In this document: in pieces, positions 61,053 to 64,000 of the stretch
Layout: each line of letters begins with the position of its first letter
Position numbering within the stretch: the first letter of the stretch is position 1
From: Macrostomum hystrix
Lineage: Eukaryota; Animalia; Platyhelminthes
Direction of reading: 5' to 3'
Assembly: GCA_950097015.1 (NCBI GenBank)
Contig: CATNEN010000038.1
Location: 8,618,001 to 8,682,000, forward strand
DNA: 64,000 nucleotides
Translations under genes and position numbers: made by a program
Notes under the pieces: model-generated
Seen by the model: the letters and a program-made list of their open reading frames with translations, nothing else
What the model was told of the DNA's origin: nothing
Database searches by the model: none

Positions 61053-64000
61053 ATTAGGCAGGTGTTGGTGTGGCAATGGGCAAGGGCCACGGGGGCGGGA
61101 TTCAACTTTGTGGAGACATTACGGAGGCATCCGACCCCTAGTCTATATTTTTGCATCTTTAAAAATGGTTTAAGATCCATATTGGTCCGTTGACTATTGC
61201 TGTTTGAAGTTTGTAGGTCCCTTCCAAGTTTATAATACTTGATTACAGCCGTGCGCACTCTATGAGAAGCTGCTGCTGCTGTTGCTGCTGTCCCGTCCTC
61301 TAGTGTGGTTGCTCATTTTCTATTCATCTGCTGATCAAGCATGATTTTGTTTTGTTTTTATTTTTGTTAGTGTTATTTACCTTAATTTTTGTCGCTTACA
61401 AAGTTTCTTGTCCACAGCTTGTTAATTTTATGTTCTTGCTTCTCTATAAATCGAGTTTTTTGCACCAATGACACCGAGTTCAATATCTTCACTTCAGCCG
61501 CTCCACTTAGTATGAGCAAAGGCCTACAACGAGGAATGTGTAAAAATCATTACACAAGATCTCCGATTTTTAGATTTATTTTGCTGAGATTCGAACTCCC
61601 GGCGTTTCGATCAGAAGTCCGAGGCTCTGATCACTGGGCTACGAGCTCCCTTAGCTGGAAGACTGTACAGAAAATGTTGCAATAGCTTCAGCTACTTTCT
61701 TGTTACTTTTTCAGACAGTAGAAATTGTGATTCAGTTTTTAGATAGATATAGCATTTTTCTTTTTTACTTACCTGACGTCTGATCAATATTTGGGTTCTC
61801 TCCACTCCCAAATGGCTTACTACATTCCTTTTTTGATAGCAGATATTTCCTAGTGACTAGAATTTTTGTGAAACTTTCACTTTCATGACTCAATATTTTA
61901 TCACATAGCGTATGGCACTGTGAGCTATTGCTTGCAATTTAGATGACCAAAATGACATTGCAATTTTAAAATCAAGACAGGAAAACACCTAATATAAGTA
62001 ACGCATTCGAAAATGACAGCGTTGAACTCTGACAGCTGTGTATTAATACCAATAGTGTACGCTTTTCTGGTGCATTATTTATTCCTTATTGCAATGCCTA
62101 CCGGCGCTTGCAAAACAATTGTCTGTCTAACACCGTGGCCGCTGATCATTTCCATTGGCTAGAATTGAAATGATTATTGTCATAGACAAAAAACGCCACG
62201 CTGAAAAAATCTGGTGCACCCAAGTAGAAATTAATCATTTAGAAGAATCCATAGTCAATTGTAGATGTAGAGAATGGTAGATTTATGCTAGGCTTCCGAG
62301 TGCCATAGACTATTTACGCACTAGGAAGCCTAGCATAAGTGCATTGATTTATGACCAAGTGTGTGTGCGCAAGACCAGCTCCTTCGGCCCATAGACAATA
62401 CCCGTCTGGGATTTACTGCATAGTAGCTCAGAAGAGGGATGGCACGAAGATCAAGTGGGGCAAGATTTACCGCACAGTTGCGGAATTTACTGCACACTTC
62501 AATCTATTTCTTTGATGGCCTTTCGGCCATAAACTATACACGAGCTTGAGACGTTTACGCACACTTGGTTATATGTCAATGGAAAATAGAGAATGGAAAG
62601 TAGAGAGAATGAAAGAGTAGCAGAAATGTGACAGTACTGAGCCTCATTCAGCATTCGCAAGTATCAGCATTGAGTTTCACAAGAGGCATCTGATTCGAGT
62701 GATGACTATGCTTTTTATCAATGTTGGGATGAAAAAGCTGGCTAAAGATATTATACGCACTGGAGAAAAACCAGGCAAGTGGCCAGCGGCTGTCAGCTTT
62801 ACACCTAACTGCCGGGTTAATTCAACAAAACCTTCTCCTCGCTCAAATTCTCCAATAATCCGAGCTCTATCAGCGTTGCTGATCCTGTCGCTTTTTCGGT
62901 GTTGTTGACAGTTTGGTTCGTCATTTTGAAAGTCATTAACACCGTAAGCATGTCTTTTTTAACTTATTCTAAGCCATGCCAGTCGCTTATAGCAAAACGT
63001 TTTGACCATAGAGCATTTCATAAGTTTTTACAAGGACAACTTAATAACTCAGGACCGGAAACGAGCCAATTCATGGCGAAAAAAGTATGAGGCTCGTTTA
63101 AAAGCATTGTTCTATGGCCCATCCAAAGCTACGAAAGCGAAGAAATCTGAGCTGAAAATTGAGTTCTTCGCATGCACTTGCAATTGAGAGAGAGAACTTT
63201 TATTCTTGCTAGCTGAAACTAAATATCATGCCGAGAAAATGCAGCGTTATTTTCTGTTGTTCAAACTACAATAGTAACCGTGATCGGAATGTTACAGTAT
63301 TTTCGTTTCCTAAACATGCAACTGAACGAGAGGCTTGGCGACTGTCTCTGCCTAATCAACTGACGGTAAGACTTTCTTCAAATGTGCTTTGCTAATCAGA
63401 TTTAGCCTGGCCACATGAATTCATTAACAATTTTGTTGTTGTTTAGACCGTGACAGACTACATGGGCGTGTGTGCTAAGCACTGGCCTCAAGATGCCCCA
63501 ATGATAAAAAAGGGAAGAAATGAAAGGCCGCTACATCCACCATCAGTTTTCGACGGAGTCCCGCAGTCTTGCCTCGTTCAAACACAAGGTTTGTGAAGTT
63601 CTACTGCTTTAATTCAAATATTCGAGCGTATTTGTACTGCATCAAATAGGGTCGAAACGAACCACTAAGATGCGCGCTTGGATATTGCAGTGCGTGCCAG
63701 TCGACAGGCTGAGGGAAGAGGCGTGCTGTTGTCCGAACGATGCCTTTTCCAAGATGAACTAGTAGAATTTCGAGAGCGTGACACGCTGCCATCGTGGACT
63801 GAATTCCGAGCATCCATTCACTGTTCAGACGTCATCAAAGCACATCAGCTTATTGTTACCATTGTTCAAGAGGAGGTGTTTATCTTCTCGTTAAGCGCCA
63901 ATGCCGAAATGGTTCTGCGAGTTTTCGTTTCACCAAACTATTCCGTACGATGCTTTCGGTTACATTCACCAGTTGCGGTTCGAGATCTGCTTGGATTTCA

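Overview
Eukaryotic (invertebrate metazoan) genomic DNA. GC-rich exons, short GT-AG introns and very dense minisatellites suggest a free-living flatworm such as Macrostomum, but that is an inference. From left to right the window holds: four tandem intronless SLC22-family transporter paralogs; a full-length, apparently intact LOA-like non-LTR retrotransposon on the minus strand (ORF1 plus APE-RT-RNaseH-CCHC ORF2, 11-bp target-site duplication); a small orphan ORF; a 3-exon neuropeptide-type GPCR; eIF3k; an MFSD2-like transporter; and HPS3 (minus) head-to-head with CERT (plus). It also carries two tRNA-derived SINE families, MITE/foldback elements and more than 12 tandem-repeat arrays. The strongest new signal is an RNA-structure-based retrotransposition system. 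The LINE starts exactly at G1 of a complete HDV-like self-cleaving ribozyme and has a duplicated hairpin+pseudoknot module in its 5' UTR. Its 3' UTR folds into a three-way junction that is shared, with compensatory changes, by the tail of a local tRNA-SINE family (at least 6 copies here). Other notable signals: a 1.44-kb CpG-free zone at the 5' end of eIF3k, gene-conversion-like identity tracts among the SLC22 paralogs, and a candidate myristoylated phosphotyrosine adaptor protein. All calls were made by eye; no databases were searched.
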